Shown in pieces: positions 17,553-27,080 of a stretch of 47,162 nucleotides of DNA (the stretch's first letter is position 1; each line of letters starts with the position of its first letter). The notes beneath the pieces were generated by a model that saw only the letters and a list, made by a program, of their open reading frames with translations, made no database searches and was not told where the DNA came from. Source of the stretch: Sodaliphilus sp. (GTDB lineage Bacteria; Bacteroidota; Bacteroidia; Bacteroidales; Muribaculaceae). The stretch spans positions 1 through 47,162 of the forward strand of contig JBGUHM010000047.1 of NCBI GenBank assembly GCA_045112115.1, read 5' to 3'. The translations under genes and the position numbers were made by a program.

Positions 17553-18446
17553 ATGATGAAAAAGATAACATTTTTATTATTGTTGATGTTGGTGACGTCA
17601 TCGGCTTGGGCATTGCCGTTTGTGACTACGCCAAGTCCTTCGACTTATCCCATCCATTGGTATAAGTTGAAAATCAACGGGATGTATTTGTTCACTACGC
17701 CCTATGATGAATGGGCGGTCGAAGCAAACTCTACCTGTGAGGACACTGATGATTACATGTGGTGCTTCGTGGAATTTGCTTCCGGGAAGATTGCTGTTTA
17801 CAACAAGGGCCGGGAGAAGTATATGGAAGATTGTTTCTACTTAACACCAAATACATCAGCCTCGTACATCAACCTTGTTGAGGCCGGCAGCGGAAACAAC
17901 TTCTACATTTACTACATGCTGAACAGCACTCAGAAAATGTATCTGGATTATGATTACGAAAATGGGCAGAGTTCTTGGAGCTATAAGGTTCACGCATTCA
18001 CGGTGGAAGGTGAAATTATTGAAGACCCAGAATTGACAGATGTACCAAAGATAACCGTTGAACCCAGTAGTGACTATTATGTGATTCGTGCTACCGGCAA
18101 CGGCGAAGTGAAACTCTATGTGGATGGTGTAAGGGTGGGTAACCCATACACCCACGGACGCCCCCTTTATGTGTACAATAAAATCATCATCAAAGCCACG
18201 GCAAAGGAAGCGGGCAAGCTTGAGAACTCCGCCACAATGTCAGCCATCTTGGCTCCGCGAGGCAAACCTGAGGCCAAAGTAGGCGACATCAACTTTGACG
18301 GCTTTGTTAACACCGGTGACGTGAGCGAACTATACAAGGCCATTCTGTTCGGCGCCACCGATGCTATTTGCGACTTGAACGACGACGGCTCGGTTAATAC
18401 TGGTGACGTAAGTACGCTGTACAAATTCATCATTGGCAATAATTGA
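17553..18446 (+). CDS. secreted dockerin-like repeat protein (N-terminal domain paralogous to the next gene)
   Basis: A signal peptide is present. The protein ends in DINFDGFVNTGDVSELYKAILFG…DLNDDGSVNTGDVSTLYKFIIGNN. Confidence 0.8.
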   Translation: MMKKITFLLLLMLVTSSAWALPFVTTPSPSTYPIHWYKLKINGMYLFTTPYDEWAVEANSTCEDTDDYMWCFVEFASGKIAVYNKGREKYMEDCFYLTPNTSASYINLVEAGSGNNFYIYYMLNSTQKMYLDYDYENGQSSWSYKVHAFTVEGEIIEDPELTDVPKITVEPSSDYYVIRATGNGEVKLYVDGVRVGNPYTHGRPLYVYNKIIIKATAKEAGKLENSATMSAILAPRGKPEAKVGDINFDGFVNTGDVSELYKAILFGATDAICDLNDDGSVNTGDVSTLYKFIIGNN

Positions 18447-18508
18447 TGTAAGATGTTTTTTTGTATGCAATGTTGTTTCTTATATTTTTTAAATAATATA
18501 ATTGCAAA

Positions 18509-20143
18509 ATGAAAAAGATAACCTTTCTATTGTTATTGATGTTGGTGTCGGTTACCGCTTCGGCGCTACCTTTTGTGACCACGTCAAGTCCCACGGCTTA
18601 TCCCATCCACTGGTATCAGTTGAAAATCAACGGTAAGTACCTATATTCCTATACCGGGCAATGGGTGGATGTAGATGCGAGTAGTTCGGCATCGACCGCC
18701 GATGCTTACCTATGGTGTTTCGTCACAACATCTTCGGGCAAGACATTGGTGTTCAACAAAGCTAAAAGGCAATATATGCGCAGCGGTTACTTGTTCACCA
18801 CCGACATGGCAAATAGTGCCATCAACTATGTGGTGGAAGGAACCGGCAACACGTTCTACATCTGCTTCAAAGCTGAGGGTACGACATTTTATCTAGATTA
18901 TGATGAGGACAACGGTTTGCATTCCCCGTCATGGAAGATGAATGCATTCACGGCCATTGAAGCTTTGGTCCAGAACGAGGCGCCCACTCCCAGCGGCGAA
19001 CTCGAGCTGACCCTCGACGAGTATGATGAATACTGCATGCTTTCGGCCGGTTACACCGGAAACGAAGAGCATACGGTGACCCTTAATGTAGATGGGCGTA
19101 ACGTGAACAATCCATACAGAGTCACGCGTACCTATCAAGATAAAAATCTTGATGTCATAGCTACAGTGACGTTCAACGATATGGATCCTGTTGTCGTCCA
19201 GCAAACGGTAACCGTTCCGGCCAAACCGCTAACTGATCTCACAGGAGAAGTCATATTTGATGTGGAAGAGAATGAGAGAAACTGTGTGATTTCGGTTTAT
19301 TATGTCGGTCCAGAATCTTATTCGCTTGCGCTATATGCCAACGGTCAACTGGTCAACGAGCCTTATACAGTGGCACGTACTGCGGTAGACCAACATATCA
19401 CCATGAAAGCAGTGATTACGGCATCGGGAAAGAATCCTCTTGTCGTCGAGGAAGTGGTGACAATCCCCAAGTATGTGGAGCCAGAGCTCGATTTGACATT
19501 CACCGCTTACAGTGTGTCCAGTAATGTTTCTAATCCTACGGGAGGACAAGGATTTATGAAACTCTTCGACAAGAACCCTAACACCAAGTGGCTTGTGTTA
19601 TTCGACACCGAGGACTGGCAGACAGTCTTTGTCGAATTCCGTAGCGACAAGCCATTCGTTCCCACAGGTTACGTGATGACCACGGGCGACGACACACAGA
19701 ACAATCCCAACCGCAATCCCAAAGCGTGGAAAATCTATGGTAGAGTGGATTGGATGGAAGACTGGGAGATTCTTGCCGATGTTACCGATGGCGCGGCTGC
19801 AGGCTTGGGTTCAGGCTCTGTGACCGACTATAACTTCGACATCACCGGCCTCAAGAAAGAATACCGTCAGTTCCGCTTTGAGGTGATCGATGTGAACGGT
19901 GTTGAGAGCAGCGGCTTGCACGTTTTCCAGCTTGCAGAGCTGCGTTTAAGAGGCAAGGCGGCGAGCAGCGAACCTTCTGGCGACCTGAACGGTGACGGCA
20001 ACGTGAACACGGGTGACATAAGCGCACTCTATACAGCCGTGCTGTCTGGCTCGACCGACGCAATGTACGACATCAACGGCGACGGCAACGTGAACACCGG
20101 CGACGTCTCGGCCCTGTATGCAATTATTCTCGGGTCGAATTGA
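18509..20143 (+). CDS. secreted protein with Ig-like repeats, an F5/8 type C (discoidin)-like domain and a C-terminal dockerin-like repeat pair
   Basis: The N-terminal ~150 aa are paralogous to 17553..18446. FMKLFDKNPNTKWL…NPKAWKIYG…QFRFEV is discoidin-like. The protein ends in DLNGDGNVNTGDISALYTAVLSG…DINGDGNVNTGDVSALYAIILGSN. Confidence 0.8.
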   Translation: MKKITFLLLLMLVSVTASALPFVTTSSPTAYPIHWYQLKINGKYLYSYTGQWVDVDASSSASTADAYLWCFVTTSSGKTLVFNKAKRQYMRSGYLFTTDMANSAINYVVEGTGNTFYICFKAEGTTFYLDYDEDNGLHSPSWKMNAFTAIEALVQNEAPTPSGELELTLDEYDEYCMLSAGYTGNEEHTVTLNVDGRNVNNPYRVTRTYQDKNLDVIATVTFNDMDPVVVQQTVTVPAKPLTDLTGEVIFDVEENERNCVISVYYVGPESYSLALYANGQLVNEPYTVARTAVDQHITMKAVITASGKNPLVVEEVVTIPKYVEPELDLTFTAYSVSSNVSNPTGGQGFMKLFDKNPNTKWLVLFDTEDWQTVFVEFRSDKPFVPTGYVMTTGDDTQNNPNRNPKAWKIYGRVDWMEDWEILADVTDGAAAGLGSGSVTDYNFDITGLKKEYRQFRFEVIDVNGVESSGLHVFQLAELRLRGKAASSEPSGDLNGDGNVNTGDISALYTAVLSGSTDAMYDINGDGNVNTGDVSALYAIILGSN

Positions 20144-20164
20144 TTAGGGATTAAGAGTTAAGAA

Positions 20165-20196
20165 AAGGCGCAGTCTTTTACGAGGCTGCGCCTTTC
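20165..20196. terminator. bidirectional rho-independent terminator between the dockerin gene and lepA
   Basis: Stem aaaggcgcag/ctgcgccttt with a 12-nt loop. Both genes converge on it. Confidence 0.6.
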
Positions 20197-20228
20197 ATTA
20201 CATCTATAATTTTCATCCGCTAAGCGGC

Positions 20229-22016
20229 TCAATCGAGTTTGAGGACGGCGAGGAAGGCTTTCTGTGGAACCTGTACGGTGCCGATTTGCTTCATGCGCTT
20301 CTTGCCAGCTTTCTGCTTTTCGAGTAGCTTGCGCTTACGGCTGACGTCACCGCCGTAGCACTTGGCTGTTACATCCTTTCGCACCTGCTTCACCGTCTCG
20401 CGTGCCACAATTTTGGCTCCGATGGCAGCCTGTATGGCGATGTCGTACTGCTGTCGCGGAATCAGTTCCTTGAGTTTCTCGCACATGCGTCGTCCGAGGG
20501 TCACGGCGTTGTCGACGTGAGTGAGCGAACTAAGCGCGTCGACGGGCTGTCCGTTGAGCAGTATGTCGAGTTTGATGAGTTTGGAATCACGATAATCGCG
20601 GATGTAATAATCAAACGAGGCGTAACCCTTGCTGATGGATTTCAGTTTGTCGTAGAAGTCGATCACGATTTCGCCCAGCGGAATGTCGAAGGTGAGTTCC
20701 ATGCGGTTGCCCGAGATGTAGTCCTGCTTGACAAGTTCTCCGCGCTTGGCCAGGCACAGGGTAATGATGGGGCCCATGAACTCGCTTTGGGTGATGATAG
20801 AGGCGCGGATATACGGCTCTTCGATGTGTTCGATGAGCGTCTGATCGGGTAGGCCTGCGGGGTTGTGCACCTCGGTCATGACGTCCTTCTTGTCGTACAC
20901 CTTATATGACACGTTTGGCACGGTGGTGATTACCTCCATGTTGAACTCTCGGCTCAGGCGCTCCTGCACAATCTCCATGTGGAGCAGCCCCAGGAAACCG
21001 CAACGAAAACCGAACCCCAGTGCCACACTCGACTCAGGCGTAAAAGTGAGCGAGGCATCGTTGAGTTGGAGTTTCTCGAGTGACGACCGCAGGTTCTCGA
21101 AATCTTCCGGGTCGATAGGGTAGACGCCAGCGAATACCATTGGCTTTACCTCTTGGAAACCTTCGATAGCCTTGTCGCACGGGCGGTTGACATGTGTGAT
21201 AGTATCACCCACGCGTACCTCGGCGCTGGCCTTGATACCGCTTATTATATATCCCACATTTCCTGCGCTGAGAACAGTTTTCGGCACCATGTTGAGTTTG
21301 AGCACCCCCACCTCGTCGGCGTCGTACTGCTTGCCGGTGTTGACAAATTTGACCAAATCGCCCTTGTGGATTGTGCCGTTGAGAATTTTGAAATAGACGA
21401 TGATGCCACGGAAGGGGTTGAACACCGAGTCGAAGATGAGTGCCTGCAACGGGGCCTCGGGGTCGCCTTTGGGCGCCGGAATGCGGTCGACAATGGCGTC
21501 GAGAATAGCCGGCACGCCCTCTCCGGTACGCGCGCTTGTACGCAGAATATCCTCTGGCTCGCATCCCAGGAGGTCGACAATCTCGTCTTCAACTTCATCT
21601 GGGTGTGCGCTGTCCATATCGATTTTATTGATTACGGGGATGATTTCCAGCCCGTTGTCGATAGCCATATAGAGGTTGCTGATGGTCTGTGCCTGAACAC
21701 CTTGCGTGGCATCGACTACAAGCAACGCACCCTCGCAAGCCGCAATCGACCGCGACACCTCGTACGAGAAATCGACGTGTCCCGGGGTGTCGATGAGGTT
21801 CAGTGTGAATTTTTCTCCGTCGCGCTCGTAGTCCATCTGTATGGCGTGGCTCTTGATGGTGATGCCGCGTTCCCGCTCGAGGTCCATGTCGTCGAGCACT
21901 TGATTCTGCATCTCCTTGCCACCTACGGTTGCGGTCACTTCCAGCAGTCGGTCGGCCAACGTGCTCTTGCCGTGGTCGATATGAGCTATGATACAAAAGT
22001 TGCGTATATTTTTCAT
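20229..22016 (-). CDS. lepA: elongation factor 4 (LepA)
   Basis: The N-terminus [26 protein letters not shown] is classic LepA. The + strand ORFs within it are antisense noise. Confidence 0.95.
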   Translation of the reverse strand: MKNIRNFCIIAHIDHGKSTLADRLLEVTATVGGKEMQNQVLDDMDLERERGITIKSHAIQMDYERDGEKFTLNLIDTPGHVDFSYEVSRSIAACEGALLVVDATQGVQAQTISNLYMAIDNGLEIIPVINKIDMDSAHPDEVEDEIVDLLGCEPEDILRTSARTGEGVPAILDAIVDRIPAPKGDPEAPLQALIFDSVFNPFRGIIVYFKILNGTIHKGDLVKFVNTGKQYDADEVGVLKLNMVPKTVLSAGNVGYIISGIKASAEVRVGDTITHVNRPCDKAIEGFQEVKPMVFAGVYPIDPEDFENLRSSLEKLQLNDASLTFTPESSVALGFGFRCGFLGLLHMEIVQERLSREFNMEVITTVPNVSYKVYDKKDVMTEVHNPAGLPDQTLIEHIEEPYIRASIITQSEFMGPIITLCLAKRGELVKQDYISGNRMELTFDIPLGEIVIDFYDKLKSISKGYASFDYYIRDYRDSKLIKLDILLNGQPVDALSSLTHVDNAVTLGRRMCEKLKELIPRQQYDIAIQAAIGAKIVARETVKQVRKDVTAKCYGGDVSRKRKLLEKQKAGKKRMKQIGTVQVPQKAFLAVLKLD

Positions 22017-22187
22017 CGTCTTGTCGTTATTCAGGCCGCAAAGTTACGATAAATAAATGAAAAATGAAGAATGAAGAATGAAAAAATCTCCCCTGGTGCA
22101 GTCGCTAATGGTATAATGCGTGAGATGGTCTTTGTTCTTATCTCCCATTTTCCATATTACAAGTTTTCGGGGTAGGGATTTTTTTGT

Positions 22188-22195
22188 AATTTTGC
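22188..22195 (+). promoter_or_regulatory. TAnnTTTG -7 box (TAATTTTG) upstream of umuC
   Basis: The motif sits 23 nt before the ATG at 22218. Confidence 0.4.
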
Positions 22196-22217
22196 AGGCT
22201 GAAAAGGAGAATGACAG

Positions 22218-23528
22218 ATGAAACTCTACGGCCTGGTTGACTGCAATAATTTCTTTGTCTCGTGCGAGCGGGTGTTTGACCCTCGTCTCGAGGGGAAACC
22301 AGTGGTCGTGCTCTCGGGCAACGATGGATGCGTTATAGCGCGAAGCAACGAGGCCAAGCGCCTGGGAATTCCTATGGGTTGTCCCACGTTCAAAATCAAG
22401 GAATACACCGACCCGTCGGGCGTGGTGAAACTATCGGCTCGGCATGTGATATACCGTGACATCAGCGAGCGTATCATGACACTCATGCGCTCCGAAGCCG
22501 AAGCGGTGCAGGTCTACTCGGTCGACGAGGCGTTCTTCCGTATGCCTTACGGCGACGGCGACAAACGAGACCGTGCTTTTGCCGAAGAATTGGTTGTGAA
22601 GATTCAGCAGGGGATAGGTGTTCCTGTGAGCATAGGCATCGCACCGACCAAGACCCTTGCTAAGATCGCAGCCGAACGAGCTAAGAAGAATCCGTCGAAC
22701 ACCACTCGTGTTGAGGTGTTAATCGATTCTGATCAGAGCCGTCAGGTGCTTGAGACCACTCCGGTGGGAGACGTGTGGGGTGTTGGACGCCGCTTGAACG
22801 AGGCGTTGACTTCCCGCGGCGTGACCACCGCATGGCAGTTGTCGCAGTTGCCCCCGTCGCTGGTCCGGTCGTTATTTAACGTGAATGTGGAGCGTACCGC
22901 AAGGGAGTTGGGGGGTGAGGATTGCGTGGAGATTCGCAGTGTGAACGAGACGCGCAAGTCAATTATGCATTCCCGCACTTTTGCCCACGTGATAAACAGC
23001 CGCAGCGAACTCAACGACGCTGTCGTCTCGTTTGCCGAGGCCTGTGCATTCCAGTTGCGCAAGGAACATTCTGTGGCATCGGAGGTCGTAGTCTACTTGC
23101 GTGGTGACCGTTTCCGTGACGACTTGCCGTACTACAGCAACAGCGCTGTCGCTCCTCTTCCGGATTCAACATCGTCGACAATGACAATCGTCAATGCCGC
23201 CGTTGCCGCGTTCAACGCAGTGTTCCGTCAAGGGTACTTTTACCGCAAGGCGGGTGTGCTGCTGCAGAAAATCTCGAGTGAGAACAATCGTCAGCTTTCG
23301 TTGTTCGACACTGGCGAGAACGATAAGCAGAAACAGCTGATGAAAGCCGTTGACCGTATTAACACGAGCTTCGGTAAGAAAGCCATTAAATTGGCGCCAC
23401 AAGTCGCTAAAGGCGAGTGGGAGCCGAAACAGGATTACCTCGCTGGCAAAGACAGCGACTTGCGCATCTATTCCGGAATGATTCAGCCGTTGGCCGGACC
23501 AATAAAGAAAATCGACATCGACCTATGA
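22218..23528 (+). CDS. umuC: Y-family translesion DNA polymerase, UmuC-like
   Basis: MKLYGLVDCNNFFVSCERVFDPRLEGKPVVVLSGNDGCVIARSNEAKRLGIPMG aligns with the UmuC/MucB N-terminus, and a little-finger domain follows. Confidence 0.9.
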   Translation: MKLYGLVDCNNFFVSCERVFDPRLEGKPVVVLSGNDGCVIARSNEAKRLGIPMGCPTFKIKEYTDPSGVVKLSARHVIYRDISERIMTLMRSEAEAVQVYSVDEAFFRMPYGDGDKRDRAFAEELVVKIQQGIGVPVSIGIAPTKTLAKIAAERAKKNPSNTTRVEVLIDSDQSRQVLETTPVGDVWGVGRRLNEALTSRGVTTAWQLSQLPPSLVRSLFNVNVERTARELGGEDCVEIRSVNETRKSIMHSRTFAHVINSRSELNDAVVSFAEACAFQLRKEHSVASEVVVYLRGDRFRDDLPYYSNSAVAPLPDSTSSTMTIVNAAVAAFNAVFRQGYFYRKAGVLLQKISSENNRQLSLFDTGENDKQKQLMKAVDRINTSFGKKAIKLAPQVAKGEWEPKQDYLAGKDSDLRIYSGMIQPLAGPIKKIDIDL

Positions 23529-24172
23529 TTAACAAGAAAAAAGGATATATAGAGGGGCTCATCGAGCAAGGCGAGCATGTACATCAGGATTTCAAATACC
23601 AAATCACCGATGCGCGCAAGATTGCCCGGAGCATAAGCGCTTTTGCCAACAACAGCGGCGGCCACCTGCTTGTGGGAGTAAAGGACAACGGCCGCATAGC
23701 TGGCGTGAGCGACGAGGAGGAAATCTATATGGTAGAGCAGGCCGCGACAATGTATTGCCGTCCTGAGCAGAAGATAAAGTGCAAGATATATAGGGTAGGG
23801 GGCAAAGACGTGCTGAAAGTTGATATAGCAGAGGCTGACGACAAACCTGTGCTTGCTCCTGACGAGCATGGCCAGTGGAAAACCTACTTCCGCGTGGCCG
23901 ATGAGAATATCCTTGCCAGCGACATGCACGTTAGAGTGTTGCAAGAACAGAGCGAAGATACCGGCGATGAACCCGATGTGCTCAGTTTCACCGAACGGGA
24001 AAAAGTGTTGCTCGACTATCTCGACACGCACGGCGGCATCACCTTGGACGGCTACACACGTCTGGCGCATATTTCGCTTGAAACCGCTGAGGAAATTGTG
24101 GTAAAACTATGCAGAATGAATGTTGTGTCGATTGAATACCTTAAAAACGGCACTTGTCTGATCAGTAGTTAA
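23525..24172 (+). CDS. AlbA_2/Schlafen-like (divergent AAA, PF04326-like) domain protein with a C-terminal winged-HTH; overlaps the umuC stop by ATGA
   Basis: I took the internal start MINKKKGYIEGLIEQGEH. ISAFANNSGGHLLVGVKDNGRIAGVSDEE is the AlbA_2 signature. The C-terminal LLDYLDTHGGITLDGYTRLAHISLETAEEIV is wHTH-like. Confidence 0.7.
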   Translation: MINKKKGYIEGLIEQGEHVHQDFKYQITDARKIARSISAFANNSGGHLLVGVKDNGRIAGVSDEEEIYMVEQAATMYCRPEQKIKCKIYRVGGKDVLKVDIAEADDKPVLAPDEHGQWKTYFRVADENILASDMHVRVLQEQSEDTGDEPDVLSFTEREKVLLDYLDTHGGITLDGYTRLAHISLETAEEIVVKLCRMNVVSIEYLKNGTCLISS

Positions 24173-24179
24173 ACAGCAA

Positions 24180-24207
24180 GAGGCCGCACACACTGGCACG
24201 GCCTCTG
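24180..24207. terminator. bidirectional terminator hairpin (agaggccg/cggcctct)
   Basis: An 8-bp GC-rich stem with a 12-nt loop between convergent genes. Confidence 0.5.
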
Positions 24208-24226
24208 TTTCATTATCATCATCGTT

Positions 24227-24961
24227 TCAGAACTTGAACAGTTTCATCATGTTCTGGCTGAACTTCATGATGGCGGGTTGCATTTCTCCGATAAGTTCTT
24301 TATGCACCGATGTCTGCAGTCCGACGAACTTGTTTCCCAAGTCGGTCTTATTCCATTCGGTGAGTTGTTTTATCTCATCGAGAGTAAAAAACTCTGAATA
24401 GACATAAGGAGAAATCTTATACATGGCGTCGAGGGTCTTCTGGCGTGCGCCGCCCACTTGCGACATGTTCTCTTCCATCTGCTCTTCCAAACCGCCGGTC
24501 TTCAGCATCTCAACCACAGCCTCAGCGTATTCGGGGTCGACAGCTTGCAATTCTGTTTTATCCTCGTCGACCAAATAGTTCTTTAGAAGTTCTGCGGATT
24601 TCTTCATGATTGGAACAGCCGTTTGGGTTTTCTTCTTTCCAAGCGGTGTCTTATTGTAGGCTGTGAGTTCCTTGATCTCCTCGACTGTGAAATGCCGCGA
24701 ATATACATTGGTCATGGCTTCGGGCATAGCCTCATTCATGTCGGCTATGAATTCCTCGTACACTTTGTTGAACTCTTCTTTGTTCTTCAATTCATCAGGC
24801 ATCATTGCCGTGAGAGTTGCGGGCAACTGGTTTAACAGACTCTTCACGTCGGAAACCTCGATGAACTCCTTCATTGCGCTTTCGAATTCAGGCGTAACGG
24901 TCTGTGCTTTCGTTGCTGCTATGGTGAGCAGCATTACTGATACGAATAAAAACTTTTTCAT
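24227..24961 (-). CDS. secreted DUF2059-like protein (two internal repeats) downstream of htpG
   Basis: A signal peptide is present. Two repeated ~100-aa halves share …FTVEEIKELTAYNKTPLGKK / FTLDEIKQLTEWNKTDLGNK. Confidence 0.65.
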   Translation of the reverse strand: MKKFLFVSVMLLTIAATKAQTVTPEFESAMKEFIEVSDVKSLLNQLPATLTAMMPDELKNKEEFNKVYEEFIADMNEAMPEAMTNVYSRHFTVEEIKELTAYNKTPLGKKKTQTAVPIMKKSAELLKNYLVDEDKTELQAVDPEYAEAVVEMLKTGGLEEQMEENMSQVGGARQKTLDAMYKISPYVYSEFFTLDEIKQLTEWNKTDLGNKFVGLQTSVHKELIGEMQPAIMKFSQNMMKLFKF

Positions 24962-24976
24962 CTCTGTTAGGGGGAA

Positions 24977-27028
24977 TTATTTATTCAACAGGTCGACAGA
25001 GCGGCGCAGAAATGCACTCAGCCCTTCGCCACGCAGCAGTCCATTGCCCAGCAAAGCGATGTCGATGAGTTGGTGCACATTGTCTTGTCCGGCCGCATAG
25101 TCGGAAATGATTTTCTCTTTCTTGGCTCTAAGCTCGTTGGCCTGGTCCTCGTTGGCTTTGAGCTCGTCCTTCTTGTCTTCGGGAACGCCCTTTCCGTCTT
25201 TGTCGAGACTTCGTATTGCGCTGATGGCGGCATTAACTGCTGCGAGTTGTTCGTCGACGGGCTTCACCTCGGTTTCCAGTGCCGCCATCGCCTGATCAAC
25301 GATTTTCTTCACCACAGGATGAGAAGTGTTCAACGTGAAGTTGTACATTGTTGGGAATTCGCCGTAGAAACTCATTCCTGGCTGGAAACGTGCCATGTCC
25401 TTCATTCGGCGCATGTATTCACTCTGCGTGATAACCACAGCCTGATCGTCGGCCTTCAACGCGGCATATGCAACGTTGAATTCTGCTTTGTCGAGCGCAG
25501 GCATCTGCGACTTGAACACGTTGGTGGCGATTTCCTTCTCCATCTCGGTGAGTTCAGTTTCTTTGGCGTCTTCCTTGACAATCAGCCGATCGACCACGTC
25601 GCTGTCGACACGCACAAAACGTGAATGCTCATTCTTCTGCTCCAGCAGTCCGACCCAAGGGATGTCGAGTTCACCACCCATCATCAGGACATCATAGCCC
25701 TTGTCGCGAGCGGCCTGAATATAACTGAACTGTCCTTCCTTGTCGGTTGCGTACAGATAGATTAGATTCTTGTCCTTGTCGGTCTGGTTCGCCTCGATAA
25801 GAGTTTTGTAATCATCGAGTTTGAAGAAGTTGCCCTCGGTGTTCTCCACCAATGCGAACTTAAGAGCAGACTCGCAGAATTTCTCGTCGCTCAACATGCC
25901 GTACTCGATGAATATCTTGATGTCGTTCCATTTCTCCTCAAACGCCTTTGCATCGTTTTTGGCAATCTCTTCGAGTCTTGCCGCAACCTTTTTAGTAATG
26001 TATGTGGAGATTTTTTTGACATTACGGTCGGCTTGCAGATAGGACCGCGATACGTTCAGCGGGATATCGGGAGAGTCGATTACGCCCTGCAGCAGCATGA
26101 GCCATTCGGGCACCACACCTTCCACGCTGTCGGTGACAAAAACTTGGTTGCAATAGAGTTGGATGCGGTCCTTGCGAATATCGAGGTTGTTTTTGATTTT
26201 CGGGAAATAAAGGATGCCGGTAAGGGTGAACGGATAGTCTACGTTGAGGTGAATCCAGAACAGAGGGTCGTCCTGACCGGGCTGGATTGCGTGGTAGAAT
26301 TTCAGGTAGTCTTCGTCCTTGAGTTCCGACGGAGTGCGTGTCCACAGCGGTTCTACGTCGTTGATTACCTTATCTTCATCGGTATCAACATATTTGCCGT
26401 CTTTCCATTCCTGCTTCTTTCCAAACACGATGGGAACGGGCATAAACCGGCAATACTTTGTCAACAGCGTGTTGATACGGCTGTCTTCGAGGAATTCCTT
26501 CTCATCATCGTCGATGGTGAGGATGATGTCGGTGCCGCGTTCGGCTTTCTCTATTTCCGTCATCTCAAACTCTGGGCTGCCGTCGCAAGTCCAGCTAACG
26601 GCCTTAGCTCCTTCTTGATATGATAGCGAGCGAATCTCCACTTTCTTGGCCACCATGAACGCGGAGTAGAAGCCGAGTCCGAAGTGTCCGATTATGGCGT
26701 TGGCGTTGTCCTTGTATTTGTTCAGGAATTCTTCTGCGCCCGAGAAAGCAATCTGATTAATGTACTTGTCGATGTCGTCGGCTGTCATGCCGATGCCGTT
26801 GTCGCTTACAGTAAGAGTTCCTTTGTCCTTGTCGATGCTTACGTTTACTTTCAGATTGTCGATTTCGCCGCTGAATTCGCCAGCTGTCGAAATGGTTTTC
26901 AGTTTTTGCGTGGCATCAACAGCGTTTGCCACCAGCTCGCGTAGAAAGATTTCGTGGTCGCTATAGAGAAATTTCTTGATTACTGGGAAAATGTTACTTG
27001 TGGTAACACCAATTGAACCTTTTGCCAT
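24977..27028 (-). CDS. htpG: molecular chaperone HtpG (Hsp90)
   Basis: A 683-aa protein. The N-terminus LRELVANAVDA is the HATPase motif, and Hsp90 middle and C-terminal domains follow. Confidence 0.95.
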   Translation of the reverse strand: MAKGSIGVTTSNIFPVIKKFLYSDHEIFLRELVANAVDATQKLKTISTAGEFSGEIDNLKVNVSIDKDKGTLTVSDNGIGMTADDIDKYINQIAFSGAEEFLNKYKDNANAIIGHFGLGFYSAFMVAKKVEIRSLSYQEGAKAVSWTCDGSPEFEMTEIEKAERGTDIILTIDDDEKEFLEDSRINTLLTKYCRFMPVPIVFGKKQEWKDGKYVDTDEDKVINDVEPLWTRTPSELKDEDYLKFYHAIQPGQDDPLFWIHLNVDYPFTLTGILYFPKIKNNLDIRKDRIQLYCNQVFVTDSVEGVVPEWLMLLQGVIDSPDIPLNVSRSYLQADRNVKKISTYITKKVAARLEEIAKNDAKAFEEKWNDIKIFIEYGMLSDEKFCESALKFALVENTEGNFFKLDDYKTLIEANQTDKDKNLIYLYATDKEGQFSYIQAARDKGYDVLMMGGELDIPWVGLLEQKNEHSRFVRVDSDVVDRLIVKEDAKETELTEMEKEIATNVFKSQMPALDKAEFNVAYAALKADDQAVVITQSEYMRRMKDMARFQPGMSFYGEFPTMYNFTLNTSHPVVKKIVDQAMAALETEVKPVDEQLAAVNAAISAIRSLDKDGKGVPEDKKDELKANEDQANELRAKKEKIISDYAAGQDNVHQLIDIALLGNGLLRGEGLSAFLRRSVDLLNK

Positions 27029-27080
27029 GGTTAAATTCTCCTATGATTTAATTAAACTATTACTATAATTTTAATTATTT

